A stretch of DNA of 64,000 bases from positions 29 to 64,028 of the forward strand of contig JBFWUF010000015.1 of assembly GCA_050247435.1 (NCBI GenBank), read 5' to 3'. The stretch comes from Blastocatellales bacterium. Lineage in GTDB: Bacteria > Acidobacteriota > Blastocatellia > RBC074. The notes under the pieces were generated by a model. That model was not told the origin of the DNA. It saw nothing but the letters and a program-made list of their open reading frames with translations, and ran no database searches. Both the position numbers and the translations under genes were made by a program. Every line of letters begins with the position of its first letter. Position 1 is the stretch's first letter. Shown here piece after piece: positions 1 through 7,496 of the stretch.

Positions 1-9
1 CCCCTGGGT

Positions 10-481
10 GCTTCAATGGAGCCACGCACAGCCGAACGTGGAAACTTATTTACCTCGGCAGTTAGGCTCCGATTGCCGCGAGGCTTCAATGGAGCCACGC
101 TCAGCCGAACGTGGAAACAAGGTAGCGCGCTGCGATCCCTGATACGGGAAGTCGCTTCAATGGAGCCACGCTCAGCCGAACGTGGAAACGTGTCGGAATA
201 CTCCCAGGCCTGGTCAGACGCAGACGGGCTTCAATGGAGCCACGCTCAGCCGAACGTGGAAACGCATTTTCGATTTGGAAGTCACGCTGAAAGGCGAGAC
301 TCGCTTCAATGGAGCCACGCTCAGCCGAACGTGGAAACTCGTGCGTCAACTCCCAGGCGGCGCGCAGATCGCCGCTTCAATGGAGCCACGCTCAGCCGAA
401 CGTGGAAACGGGCCTCTTGCGGTTCGCGTGCCGCGGCAAAAAGCAGCTTCAATGGAGCCACGCTCAGCCGAACGTGGAAAC
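10..481 (-). CRISPR. CRISPR array: 7 x 36-bp direct repeats and 6 unique spacers of 35-39 bp. The + strand repeat is GCTTCAATGGAGCCACGCTCAGCCGAACGTGGAAAC; the inferred transcribed (-) strand repeat is GTTTCCACGTTCGGCTGAGCGTGGCTCCATTGAAGC. The array is probably truncated by the window start.
   Basis: Repeats at 10-45, 83-118, 154-189, 228-263, 303-338, 374-409 and 446-481. Repeat 1 (far from cas2) has one substitution (CGCACAGCC vs CGCTCAGCC), which fits a degenerate leader-distal repeat. The minus-strand 3' end ATTGAAGC resembles the canonical ATTGAAAC 8-nt crRNA handle. Confidence 0.95.
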
Positions 482-610
482 AGTACGCAAACTAAGCTCA
501 ATGAACATTCGCATTTAGCGCACAAGATGCGAGAGGTGGTTTGCGCTGGCGCGGATATTATTTGTTTTCTCCTTGATCTCCAAGTCATTTCTTACAACCA
601 AATGATTTAA
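482..610 (-). promoter_or_regulatory. CRISPR leader: an AT-rich region with a putative sigma70-like promoter on the minus strand. The -35 TTGGAG is the reverse complement of 577-582, and the -10 TAATAT (reverse complement of 555-560) follows a 17-nt spacer; it would read into the array.
   Basis: Local AT richness in a GC-rich genome. It sits between cas2 and the perfect repeat 7. The hexamers were read directly from the sequence. Confidence 0.55.
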
Positions 611-660
611 TCGCTGCGAGCGGGCGCCGGAGGTAAGCTCACCGGCGCCGCGCTCGCAAG
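611..660 (-). terminator. GC-rich hairpin (GCGAGCGGGCGCCGG...CCGGCGCCGCGCTCGC) immediately downstream of the cas2 stop; putative terminator of the cas operon.
   Basis: Near-perfect 15-bp inverted repeat between the cas2 stop (678) and the leader. Confidence 0.45.
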
Positions 661-677
661 CCTTCCAGCAGGTTTGT

Positions 678-974
678 TCAGACGATTACGGCGATTCGAT
701 CCGCGCGATCATTGTTCGGCCCGCGACCAAGCGTTTCGATGCTACATCGCCCGCTGCCGTCCGCTGGGCCGATGTCTATTAGCATCACCTGGTCGTCACG
801 ATGATTAATGATCTTGCTCAACGCCTCGATCATCAACACACGCTCCGACGCCGAAAGGTCGCAGCGAAAGACCGAGTATTGCAACGGATCGCCGTAACCT
901 TTCATTGTGCGATGAACTCGGCGCAATCGTTTATCGTCCGAGATGTCATAACTGACAATGTAGCGTATTCGCAT
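678..974 (-). CDS. cas2: Cas2 (CRISPR adaptation endoribonuclease)
   Basis: 98-aa protein MRIRYIVSYDISDDKRLRRV...LQYSVFRC with the typical Cas2 N-terminal beta-strand/Asp motif. It lies adjacent to cas1 and the array. Confidence 0.9.
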   Translation of the reverse strand: MRIRYIVSYDISDDKRLRRVHRTMKGYGDPLQYSVFRCDLSASERVLMIEALSKIINHRDDQVMLIDIGPADGSGRCSIETLGRGPNNDRADRIAVIV

Positions 975-1013
975 TACATCTCCTGAATTCCCAATTCACG
1001 ATCCGCGATTCCA

Positions 1014-2726
1014 TCAACGGGTGCAGAACGGCGGATAGCTTTCGATCTCCCCTGTCAGAAAACGCCCCAGCAATCGCGCCTGCACTTCAAACACCCGGCG
1101 GTAACTGATCGCGTAACCGAATTTCGGATGCGTCACTATCGTGTCCATCCGCCGTTCATAAGCTTCGATCACCCGCCGGCGTCCGCTGTCGGTCAACGCC
1201 ACCGCTCCGGCGCGCTCTACGAAATCCGACTTTCGCAATTCGCCGTTGTTGATCATTCCGACCGCCGCCGAATCGGCCACCAGCGGGCGGAACTCCTCCA
1301 TCAAGTCCAATGCCAGCGCCGGACGTCCGTATTTCGGCTGATGATAAAAACCCAGGTAAGGATCGAAGCCCACGCTGACCAATGTCACCAGCATGTCCTT
1401 AGCCAGCATCGAGTAAAGGAACGACAGCAACGCGTTGACCGGATCGCGCGGCGGACGGCGATTGCGCTCGGTGAATTCAAAGACCGGCGCCACACCGTCC
1501 TCCGACGTTTTGAACATCCGCGCCAGATTGCCGAAGTATTCGCGCGCCGCCGTGCCTTCAATTCCCAGCAGTTGTTCGATCATCCTCGCCCGCTCCGCCC
1601 GCCGCCGCGATTCGGCCAGCCTGTGCAACACGCCTTCGGGCAATTCGCGCGCGTTGCGCCTGAGCAGCGTCCGGCAATTGCGAATCTTGCCCGCCGTGAA
1701 AGCCCGCGCCAGCCGCAGACACGACGCCGGATCGTCAGCCGTCTGAAACTGCCGCCGTCGCAATTCGATGTTCTTGTGCGGCGGCGGCGTAGTCACTGCC
1801 GCCAGCCATCCGCCGTAAGACAGATGCGTCACAATGATGTCGCGCGCCGCCAGTTCGCGCAGCGCCTGTGCCGAAACCTGCACATTGCCGAACAGGCTCA
1901 ACTGCGCCGTGTCCAGCAGCCGCGCCTCGTCAACCACCTTGCCCTTGTCGCGTATCTCCAGCGTCTCGCCTTTCAGCCCCACGCTCATTCCCTGCCCCTG
2001 CACGTAAACCGCCAACCGGTCGTCGCGCGCCGCCACCAACCGGCGAGGCTCGCTCGTAGCGCGCGGCGAAATCTGCGTGAGATGTCCCCTGCCCGAAGTC
2101 GCGCGCAACAGGTTGACCTCATCCGGCAAGCAGATGCCCACGAGCGAACATCGCGGGCATTTCGGCGAATCAACCAACGGCGCAGGAATCACTCCGCCTT
2201 CAGCCACTCGCCGCGCCTCGTCCAACAATTCCAAAGTGCGCGCGATCAGTTCATCCGTGAACTCAACCGTCACGCGCGTCTGCGAAGCGGCGAAATAGAG
2301 CGCGCCGTAATCGCACTCATACCCGTTTTCGCGCAACAACAAACCCTGCAAACAGACCTGCACACGCTCCGGTTCCCACGCGCCTTCGGGCAGATCGGGC
2401 GCCTCGCCGCGCTTGTAATCAACCGGAACCACCTTGCCGTCGTCCGCCTCGATCAAATCAATTCGCGCCACCGCGCCCAATCGGTCAGAGCCGATCAAGA
2501 CCGAACGCGAATGCAGCCTGACCTGATCGTTCAAATTTTCAGCGGCAGGCACGCCGCCTTCCTCGCGGTCTACGCGACGATGCACGAACCGCCCACCCAG
2601 CGTGTCGGCTGAGTGCGCCCACTCCTTCTGAACGTGTTCGAGGTAAAAGAGACGCGGGCAGTAAGCGTATTCATTGACCATCCGCGCGGGGATTTGTTCC
2701 AGCGCATCTGTTTGGCTGAGTGACAT
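1014..2726 (-). CDS. cas4-cas1: Cas4-Cas1 fusion protein (RecB-like Fe-S nuclease domain N-terminal, Cas1 integrase C-terminal)
   Basis: 570 aa. The N-terminus has YAYCPRLFYLE, a DYK (ExK-like) motif, QGLLLRENGY (QxxxY) and CPRCSLVGIC (three Cys), matching the Cas4 4-Cys/RecB motifs. The C-terminal ~330 aa is Cas1-like. AGGAGG RBS upstream. Such a fusion is the hallmark of type I-G/I-U. Confidence 0.9.
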   Translation of the reverse strand: MSLSQTDALEQIPARMVNEYAYCPRLFYLEHVQKEWAHSADTLGGRFVHRRVDREEGGVPAAENLNDQVRLHSRSVLIGSDRLGAVARIDLIEADDGKVVPVDYKRGEAPDLPEGAWEPERVQVCLQGLLLRENGYECDYGALYFAASQTRVTVEFTDELIARTLELLDEARRVAEGGVIPAPLVDSPKCPRCSLVGICLPDEVNLLRATSGRGHLTQISPRATSEPRRLVAARDDRLAVYVQGQGMSVGLKGETLEIRDKGKVVDEARLLDTAQLSLFGNVQVSAQALRELAARDIIVTHLSYGGWLAAVTTPPPHKNIELRRRQFQTADDPASCLRLARAFTAGKIRNCRTLLRRNARELPEGVLHRLAESRRRAERARMIEQLLGIEGTAAREYFGNLARMFKTSEDGVAPVFEFTERNRRPPRDPVNALLSFLYSMLAKDMLVTLVSVGFDPYLGFYHQPKYGRPALALDLMEEFRPLVADSAAVGMINNGELRKSDFVERAGAVALTDSGRRRVIEAYERRMDTIVTHPKFGYAISYRRVFEVQARLLGRFLTGEIESYPPFCTR

Positions 2727-2745
2727 AACAACCTCCTGAGAAAAT

Positions 2746-2849
2746 CCTGGGAGCGCATCGCTTCCAGCGTGCTCTTGGCAAGATATTCATTGAAAGGAAA
2801 TAAGCCTCTCGCCAAGAGCACGCTGGAAGCGATGCGATGCGCTCCCAGG
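2746..2849. repeat. Palindromic MITE/REP-like element, copy A (CCTGGGAGCGCATCGCTTCCAGCGTGCTCTTGGCAAG ... CGCCAAGAGCACGCTGGAAGCGATGCGATGCGCTCCCAGG)
   Basis: ~37-bp near-perfect inverted arms with CCTGGG/CCCAGG termini. It shares 27 identical nt with copy C at 44199-44297. It sits between the stop of the 272-aa RAMP ORF and the cas4-cas1 RBS. Confidence 0.8.
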
Positions 2850-2854
2850 AATGT

Positions 2855-3673
2855 TTACACTGGCAAAAACAACCCAAGCCCGAAATGACAACCAAAGCCC
2901 AGAGCGAGCGGCCCGGCTATCGGCTCCGCAAACTCAAGCTCGAACCCGGCCAGCCCGAATCCTTCAGTTCCATTGAACCGCCGCGTGTGAAATTCGAGCC
3001 AGCGAACCAAAGGCCGCCCTCCCGCCGCATAACCTTCAACGCGTTTGATCGAAACCGGCTCCGGCAATCCGCGCACGAGCAATTCACGAACGAGCTGCGC
3101 TTCAGGCAGATCGCGCGGACGCGGCGGCTTGCCCCCGCCACGATTGGCAAAACGCGGCAGCGAGAACGGAGTCACCGACCGCCACCTCCGCGACCGCGCA
3201 AAGATCGGCGCATCGCCGAACTGCCCCGCCTCGCCAAGCCCGGTCAAAACTAGCCGGACATCAGGCCGATTGCCCTGCCTGAAGATCGTCCGCAAAGCGC
3301 CGATGGCCTCAAGGTCGTGACGATCAAACCCGCACGGCGCATAAAGCGTAACGTGATCCAACCGCCCATCGCCGTCTTCATCCACCGCCAGATAATGCGC
3401 GTGCAGATGCCCTTCGAGCGGCGCGCCGTCAACCGTCTTGCCGACGATGGCTTCGGAATGCGAAGTGTCCACCCGATTGCGAATCAACGCGCGCCGCACC
3501 TGCTCAGCGAACGGCATCGCGTCCTGCGCGAGCGGCAGCAGTGAGGAGTTCAGGACATAGCGCGCCGCAGCAATCGTTAATGAGGAACTCAGATGATGGG
3601 GAGGTGAACTACAACGCACATCAACACATCGAGAAATAACGTCAGCGGGTGAATCAAGAACTGTAATCGGCAT
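2855..3673 (-). CDS. RAMP-superfamily Cas protein (Cas6- or Cas5-like), an extra gene not expected in canonical type I-G. The likely true start is the ATG at 3517 (MPFAEQ...).
   Basis: The C-terminal glycine-rich loop GFGCHFGLGLF fits the GhGxxxxGhG RAMP signature, and an RWRSVTPFSL segment is present. The first ~50 codons are low-complexity and probably not translated. Confidence 0.45.
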   Translation of the reverse strand: MPITVLDSPADVISRCVDVRCSSPPHHLSSSLTIAAARYVLNSSLLPLAQDAMPFAEQVRRALIRNRVDTSHSEAIVGKTVDGAPLEGHLHAHYLAVDEDGDGRLDHVTLYAPCGFDRHDLEAIGALRTIFRQGNRPDVRLVLTGLGEAGQFGDAPIFARSRRWRSVTPFSLPRFANRGGGKPPRPRDLPEAQLVRELLVRGLPEPVSIKRVEGYAAGGRPLVRWLEFHTRRFNGTEGFGLAGFELEFAEPIAGPLALGFGCHFGLGLFLPV

Positions 3674-3700
3674 AGTCGAGTCCTTTATGTTGCGGCAACT

Positions 3701-5155
3701 TCAAATGAAGCTGGCAGGCACGTCTTCAAGGCAAGGGATCATCAAGCCAAAGCCGGAATGCCTGCCGCGTCCAATGACCAACACGCCTTCAACTGGCCGT
3801 TTGAAAATTACTTCGGCGTGATAACGTGGCGTCTGCGCGAGGTAGCTGTTCTTTTCGATTTGATAGTCCAACGGATGAATGGTCTTTTGCACAATCGGGC
3901 CAGTAAAAGCGGCGACAGATTCGATCTCGCCCTCAGGCACACCTGCTTGCATCAATGCGCGCGCAATCAACGCTTCAGCGCCGCGTCCACGCCGCATCAA
4001 GCCGGTCAGGATAATCGGCGTCACCGTCCGCCAGACGCGCTGCCCTCTGCCGATGAATAAGCGCAGAACCGAATCATTCGGCGCAGCCCGTTTCAGATAC
4101 CCGGCGAACTCCCCCTGATCTTGCAACTCGGCGCCGTTGATGCCGTCCGCCAAGCTTTCAAACAAACCCTGTGAAGCCGCGTCCTCGCAGCCGTAGCCAA
4201 TTAGCAGCACGCGGCGAATCCATCCATCAGCCTTGCCATCCTCTTTCAAGCTCGGAATGGGCACGCATGCAATGTGTGCCCCGTTGTGCTGCCTGTCAGC
4301 CTCGTGCCCGGCAATCAGACGCGACGCCAACTCCTCGCCGTAATGCTGAATGAATTTAGGATTCGCCCTCATCCATTCAATCATCGCGTGCCTGACCATT
4401 GCCGCCGGTTGACGCAATTCGCGCGGATCAAAGCGCTTCCGTTCATCCTCATCACGCCACAATTCAAATAACGCCATCGGCGCGTCAAAGCCGATCGCAC
4501 CTGACGGGCGGTAATGGGTGCGCCTCACAGGGATTGTCACGTTATCTTTGCTCTCACCCCTCAACCACGCTTGGTAGCGTTCCTGATAAGATGCCAGCGA
4601 ACCTTTTGTAGGTGAAACCCAATCGCCGTCTGATTGTTCCACCGGCAACATCGCGCCATTTGGCAAAATATCGTCACCCGACACCTCTCCGCTGGCGTAA
4701 ACCACGTCCTGATGCTGGCCGAGATGCGTGATGAGTTTAGCCATCGCGCAGATGACGGCGGCGTTTGCTTCGGCTTCCGGCGTGGCTTGGAAGTTCCAGC
4801 GGTAAGTCAGCGAATCGCCTTGTGGAAAAACTTTTGCCAGAAAAGATTTGGCCGTCCTGACGTGTTCCAGCCGATTCTCTTTCCGCCCGTCATCATTGTT
4901 CGGCACGTAGTTGGTGACGCCAGCGCCCGCTGTTCGTTCGGAGGGCGCTTCAATCACAGGCGGCTCCAGAGTTTCCAGCCATCGCAAGGCGCGGTCACGC
5001 TCGGCGGTATGCACCTTGTCGTAGACGCCGCAATGGCTGCCCGCGATCAATGCCTGGAACAGACGCGCGGGCGATGGCGGAAATTCCAATTCGTCCTCGC
5101 CCCTGCGCCCGTGATAGCGACGCGTGGCGAATGTCAGTTTGATTTGTAGCTGCAT
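3701..5155 (-). CDS. csb2: Csb2-like Cas5-Cas6 fusion (GSU0054 family), type I-G effector subunit / pre-crRNA endonuclease
   Basis: 484 aa. The N-terminus has LTFATRRYHG...EFPPSPARLFQAL, which resembles the Csb2 signature (GRYHA...EWPPSPWRLLRAL). The C-terminus has the G-rich loop GRGRHSGFGLMIP. Confidence 0.7.
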   Translation of the reverse strand: MQLQIKLTFATRRYHGRRGEDELEFPPSPARLFQALIAGSHCGVYDKVHTAERDRALRWLETLEPPVIEAPSERTAGAGVTNYVPNNDDGRKENRLEHVRTAKSFLAKVFPQGDSLTYRWNFQATPEAEANAAVICAMAKLITHLGQHQDVVYASGEVSGDDILPNGAMLPVEQSDGDWVSPTKGSLASYQERYQAWLRGESKDNVTIPVRRTHYRPSGAIGFDAPMALFELWRDEDERKRFDPRELRQPAAMVRHAMIEWMRANPKFIQHYGEELASRLIAGHEADRQHNGAHIACVPIPSLKEDGKADGWIRRVLLIGYGCEDAASQGLFESLADGINGAELQDQGEFAGYLKRAAPNDSVLRLFIGRGQRVWRTVTPIILTGLMRRGRGAEALIARALMQAGVPEGEIESVAAFTGPIVQKTIHPLDYQIEKNSYLAQTPRYHAEVIFKRPVEGVLVIGRGRHSGFGLMIPCLEDVPASFI

Positions 5156-5167
5156 AAGATCACCTCG

Positions 5168-6331
5168 CTATTTCTTCTTGGTTTTCTTCGCCTCTTCCAC
5201 GCCTTGTTTGGCCGCCTTAGCGTCAAACCCGACTTCCTGCGAATCGCCGACGCCAAAAGTCTCGGCAGCTTTTTTCGCGTAGCCAAACGCGGCTCTCACG
5301 TCGAATGCAAAAGGCTGGCTGGCGCGGTTGGTGTATACCAGTTGAGCCTGTTCGCTCTGACAACGCAGCAGACAGCCTTCGCGCAAGTCGTAGCTCGTTT
5401 GCGCGCGCGCCGCGACCAGCGCCAATCCCAGCAGGTAGCGCCTGAGCTTCAGCGTCTCGTCTTCGTCAATCTTGCCGTCTTTGATCACACCCAGCGCGCG
5501 CAACCGCACCAGGTTGATTTGCGTGCGCCTCACAATCTGACCGTAAACACGCACGCCGCCGTGTGTGTTGACTGCCGGCGCCGCGCGCAAGCCCAATTTG
5601 GACAAAGGGTCTTTGCCGTCGGCAGCTTTGCCGGAAGTTTCTTGAACCTCAGTCTCGCCATCAGGAAGTTCCTCCGCCAACCCCAAGGCGGTTGGGTCAA
5701 AGGTGGGGTTGTATTGGGACGAGCGTTTGACGATTTCGATGTTGGTGGCGCGGATGGTTGATGAGAGCATGCGCCCGAATTTGTACATCGTGGTATCTGG
5801 CCGCGAGTCCCAGAAACCGAGCAGCAAGGAAGTCGGCGCGAGTTTGGCAAGCGGCGCGGCGTTGGCTTGATCGCGCATGGCCTTGATCGCGGCAGTGACT
5901 GTTTCTCGCAGGGCGGAAAAACGTACCGCCCCGTCCGCAATGCGGTGCCCGATGTCCAACAGGTTCGCCTTCACTTCGTCATTGAGTCTCACTCTGATTT
6001 GCGGAACCAACGCCGCCAGCGGCTCTTCTTTGAACCTTGCTTCCATCCGGTTCGCTTGCGAACCAACGCTGTCAATAAGGCAATTGTTGGCTTCAAGTCT
6101 GGCCTGGGCGGCGGCCTGTGCTGAGAAGTTTTTATCCAGCACATCAATTTGATAGGGATGGGTGGCTCCCCTGCCTACCGCGAAGGTCGGCGGAAAGATC
6201 ACGGCATCACGTCCTTCCGACGGCTCAAGCACTTCTTCCAGCGTGATCGCGACCGGCAAGTCGGGTTCCGCAAGCCAGTCCACAGATTCGATAAAGGCGT
6301 CATACTGCTCAATGTTGATTTCCTGGGTCAT
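5168..6331 (-). CDS. cas7: Putative Cas7 backbone subunit (Csb1/GSU0053-like)
   Basis: 387-aa protein located between the Cas8u-like ORF and csb2, as in type I-G. Its size and position fit Cas7, but no diagnostic motif could be verified by eye. Confidence 0.55.
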   Translation of the reverse strand: MTQEINIEQYDAFIESVDWLAEPDLPVAITLEEVLEPSEGRDAVIFPPTFAVGRGATHPYQIDVLDKNFSAQAAAQARLEANNCLIDSVGSQANRMEARFKEEPLAALVPQIRVRLNDEVKANLLDIGHRIADGAVRFSALRETVTAAIKAMRDQANAAPLAKLAPTSLLLGFWDSRPDTTMYKFGRMLSSTIRATNIEIVKRSSQYNPTFDPTALGLAEELPDGETEVQETSGKAADGKDPLSKLGLRAAPAVNTHGGVRVYGQIVRRTQINLVRLRALGVIKDGKIDEDETLKLRRYLLGLALVAARAQTSYDLREGCLLRCQSEQAQLVYTNRASQPFAFDVRAAFGYAKKAAETFGVGDSQEVGFDAKAAKQGVEEAKKTKKK

Positions 6332-6545
6332 TGCTATCTCCTTCTTTGCCGCCGTAGCGGCGGTTGAATTTAGCCGTGGTTTTCAAACCACGGCGCCGAT
6401 GAGAAAGTTTGCCGTGTCGCGTCAGCGACACCTGAACTCAAGCGTCACTACGCGACGCCGCGGTTACGCGGCTGAATCCCAGGCGTTGAAACGCCTGGCT
6501 AAAGTCAGGTCGCCGCTACGCGGCTGCAACAAGCCGCGTTGATAC
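6332..6545 (-). other. Highly structured 214-nt intergenic region inside the cas operon with at least 6 stem-loops: CCGTGGTTT-GA-AAACCACGG, GTGTCGC-TGAC-GCGACAC, CCAGGCGTT-TC-AACGCCTGG, GCCGC-GTA-GCGGC, CCGCG-TAAC-CGCGG and GCCGC-TACG-GCGGC.
   Basis: The inverted repeats were read directly from the sequence. It lies between the stop of the 316-aa ORF and the cas7 start codon. Confidence 0.6.
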
Positions 6546-7496
6546 TTATTGCCGGCGGCCTTTGCCAGATTTAGGCTTCGGCCAAACAGCCGCCAGCGCC
6601 ATTTTGAAGTTGGAATACTTGTCTCGCTTGGCTCGGCCTGCGCGCAGCGGGACTAGCGTGTCTTGCCGAATGGCTGCGCCAGTTGCGGCCAATCGCGCCA
6701 GTCTGATGGGAAGCGGCATTTGCCAAAGCCCGTACAGAAAAGCGTCATCCTCAACCCAGCCACGAGCGGATGTGATGCCGCCGCCCTGCCGGGTGCGTTG
6801 CGGGAAAAAATACTGCGCGGCGATGCCCGCCAGCATTTCCGCGAACGGATAAGTCGCAATCGGCAGGTTCAAGTCGTTCGCCGAAAATCCAGTGTCCAAT
6901 GCGTTGCGTGAGGAGCGCGGATCAAACCCGAAGCGCCCCGTCATCCCAGCGGACAGCTTGAGCAGCGCCGAGATGCTCTCGACTCGATGCTGCTGTAACA
7001 GCCTCGCCGCTTCTCCGGTCATATCGCGGGTGATCTTTTCGGCGGTCTGCTGCCCGGCGTACATCTTCCAGGCGCTCTTCTCTTTGATCTTGCGCTGCGG
7101 CGTCAGCGTTTCATACCACCAATCCAGCCGCAGGGTGGCCGACTGGTCGTTGAGATAAAACGACGGACTGAGCAAAATGCCTTCGTTGCCTTCCTCAGCA
7201 GCGTTTGCATCGTCCGTTTCGCTAGGTGGTTCCTCCTCAGCCTCGCCATTCTGCTCTTCCGCCTCCTGCGTCTGATTGGTTGATGTCTGCCAGGCATTCC
7301 AATCCGTCAAGGTCTGCGTCAGGCAGCGCAACAGGGATGTCTCGTCAATTTGGCTTTCCAGCCAACAACGCGGTTGCACATCGAGTTCCCACCAACTGAC
7401 GGCATTCGGATCAAAGCGCGCGATGATTTCCAGCACGCCGCAACAGGCTAGGTATTCGACCGGGTTATGCGGGTTCACTTGAATGTCATATTTCAT
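6546..7496 (-). CDS. Short Cas8u2/Csx17-like (large-subunit-like) protein with an internal acidic low-complexity insert (EAEEQNGEAEEEPPSETDDANAAEEGNEG). It is only 316 aa, versus ~700 aa for canonical Cas8u2.
   Basis: It overlaps the cas3 stop by 4 bp (ATGA). The N-terminal VNPHNPVEYLACCGVLEIIARFDPNAVSWWE resembles the remembered Csx17 N-terminal motif (L.GC.P.P...YLKALGVLRL...DP.A..WW). The position is that of the large subunit. Confidence 0.4.
   Translation of the reverse strand: MKYDIQVNPHNPVEYLACCGVLEIIARFDPNAVSWWELDVQPRCWLESQIDETSLLRCLTQTLTDWNAWQTSTNQTQEAEEQNGEAEEEPPSETDDANAAEEGNEGILLSPSFYLNDQSATLRLDWWYETLTPQRKIKEKSAWKMYAGQQTAEKITRDMTGEAARLLQQHRVESISALLKLSAGMTGRFGFDPRSSRNALDTGFSANDLNLPIATYPFAEMLAGIAAQYFFPQRTRQGGGITSARGWVEDDAFLYGLWQMPLPIRLARLAATGAAIRQDTLVPLRAGRAKRDKYSNFKMALAAVWPKPKSGKGRRQ

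Noticed and set aside
1-9. CCCCTGGGTG at the window start resembles the CCTGGG terminus of the palindromic element family
   Set aside because: Only 6 nt, at a window edge; it cannot be distinguished from chance or a spacer end.
16-610. Several ORFs of 69-159 aa predicted on both strands across the CRISPR array (16-495, 182-610, 309-518, 101-349, 346-588)
   Set aside because: They are artefacts of translating the 36-bp repeats, which produce the recurring peptide MEPRSAERGN / FNGATLSRTWK. The region is a CRISPR array.
1128-2612. 494-aa ORF on the plus strand, antisense to cas4-cas1
   Set aside because: Arg/Pro/Gln-rich low-complexity translation typical of antisense frames in GC-rich coding DNA. 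It overlaps a well-supported Cas4-Cas1 gene.
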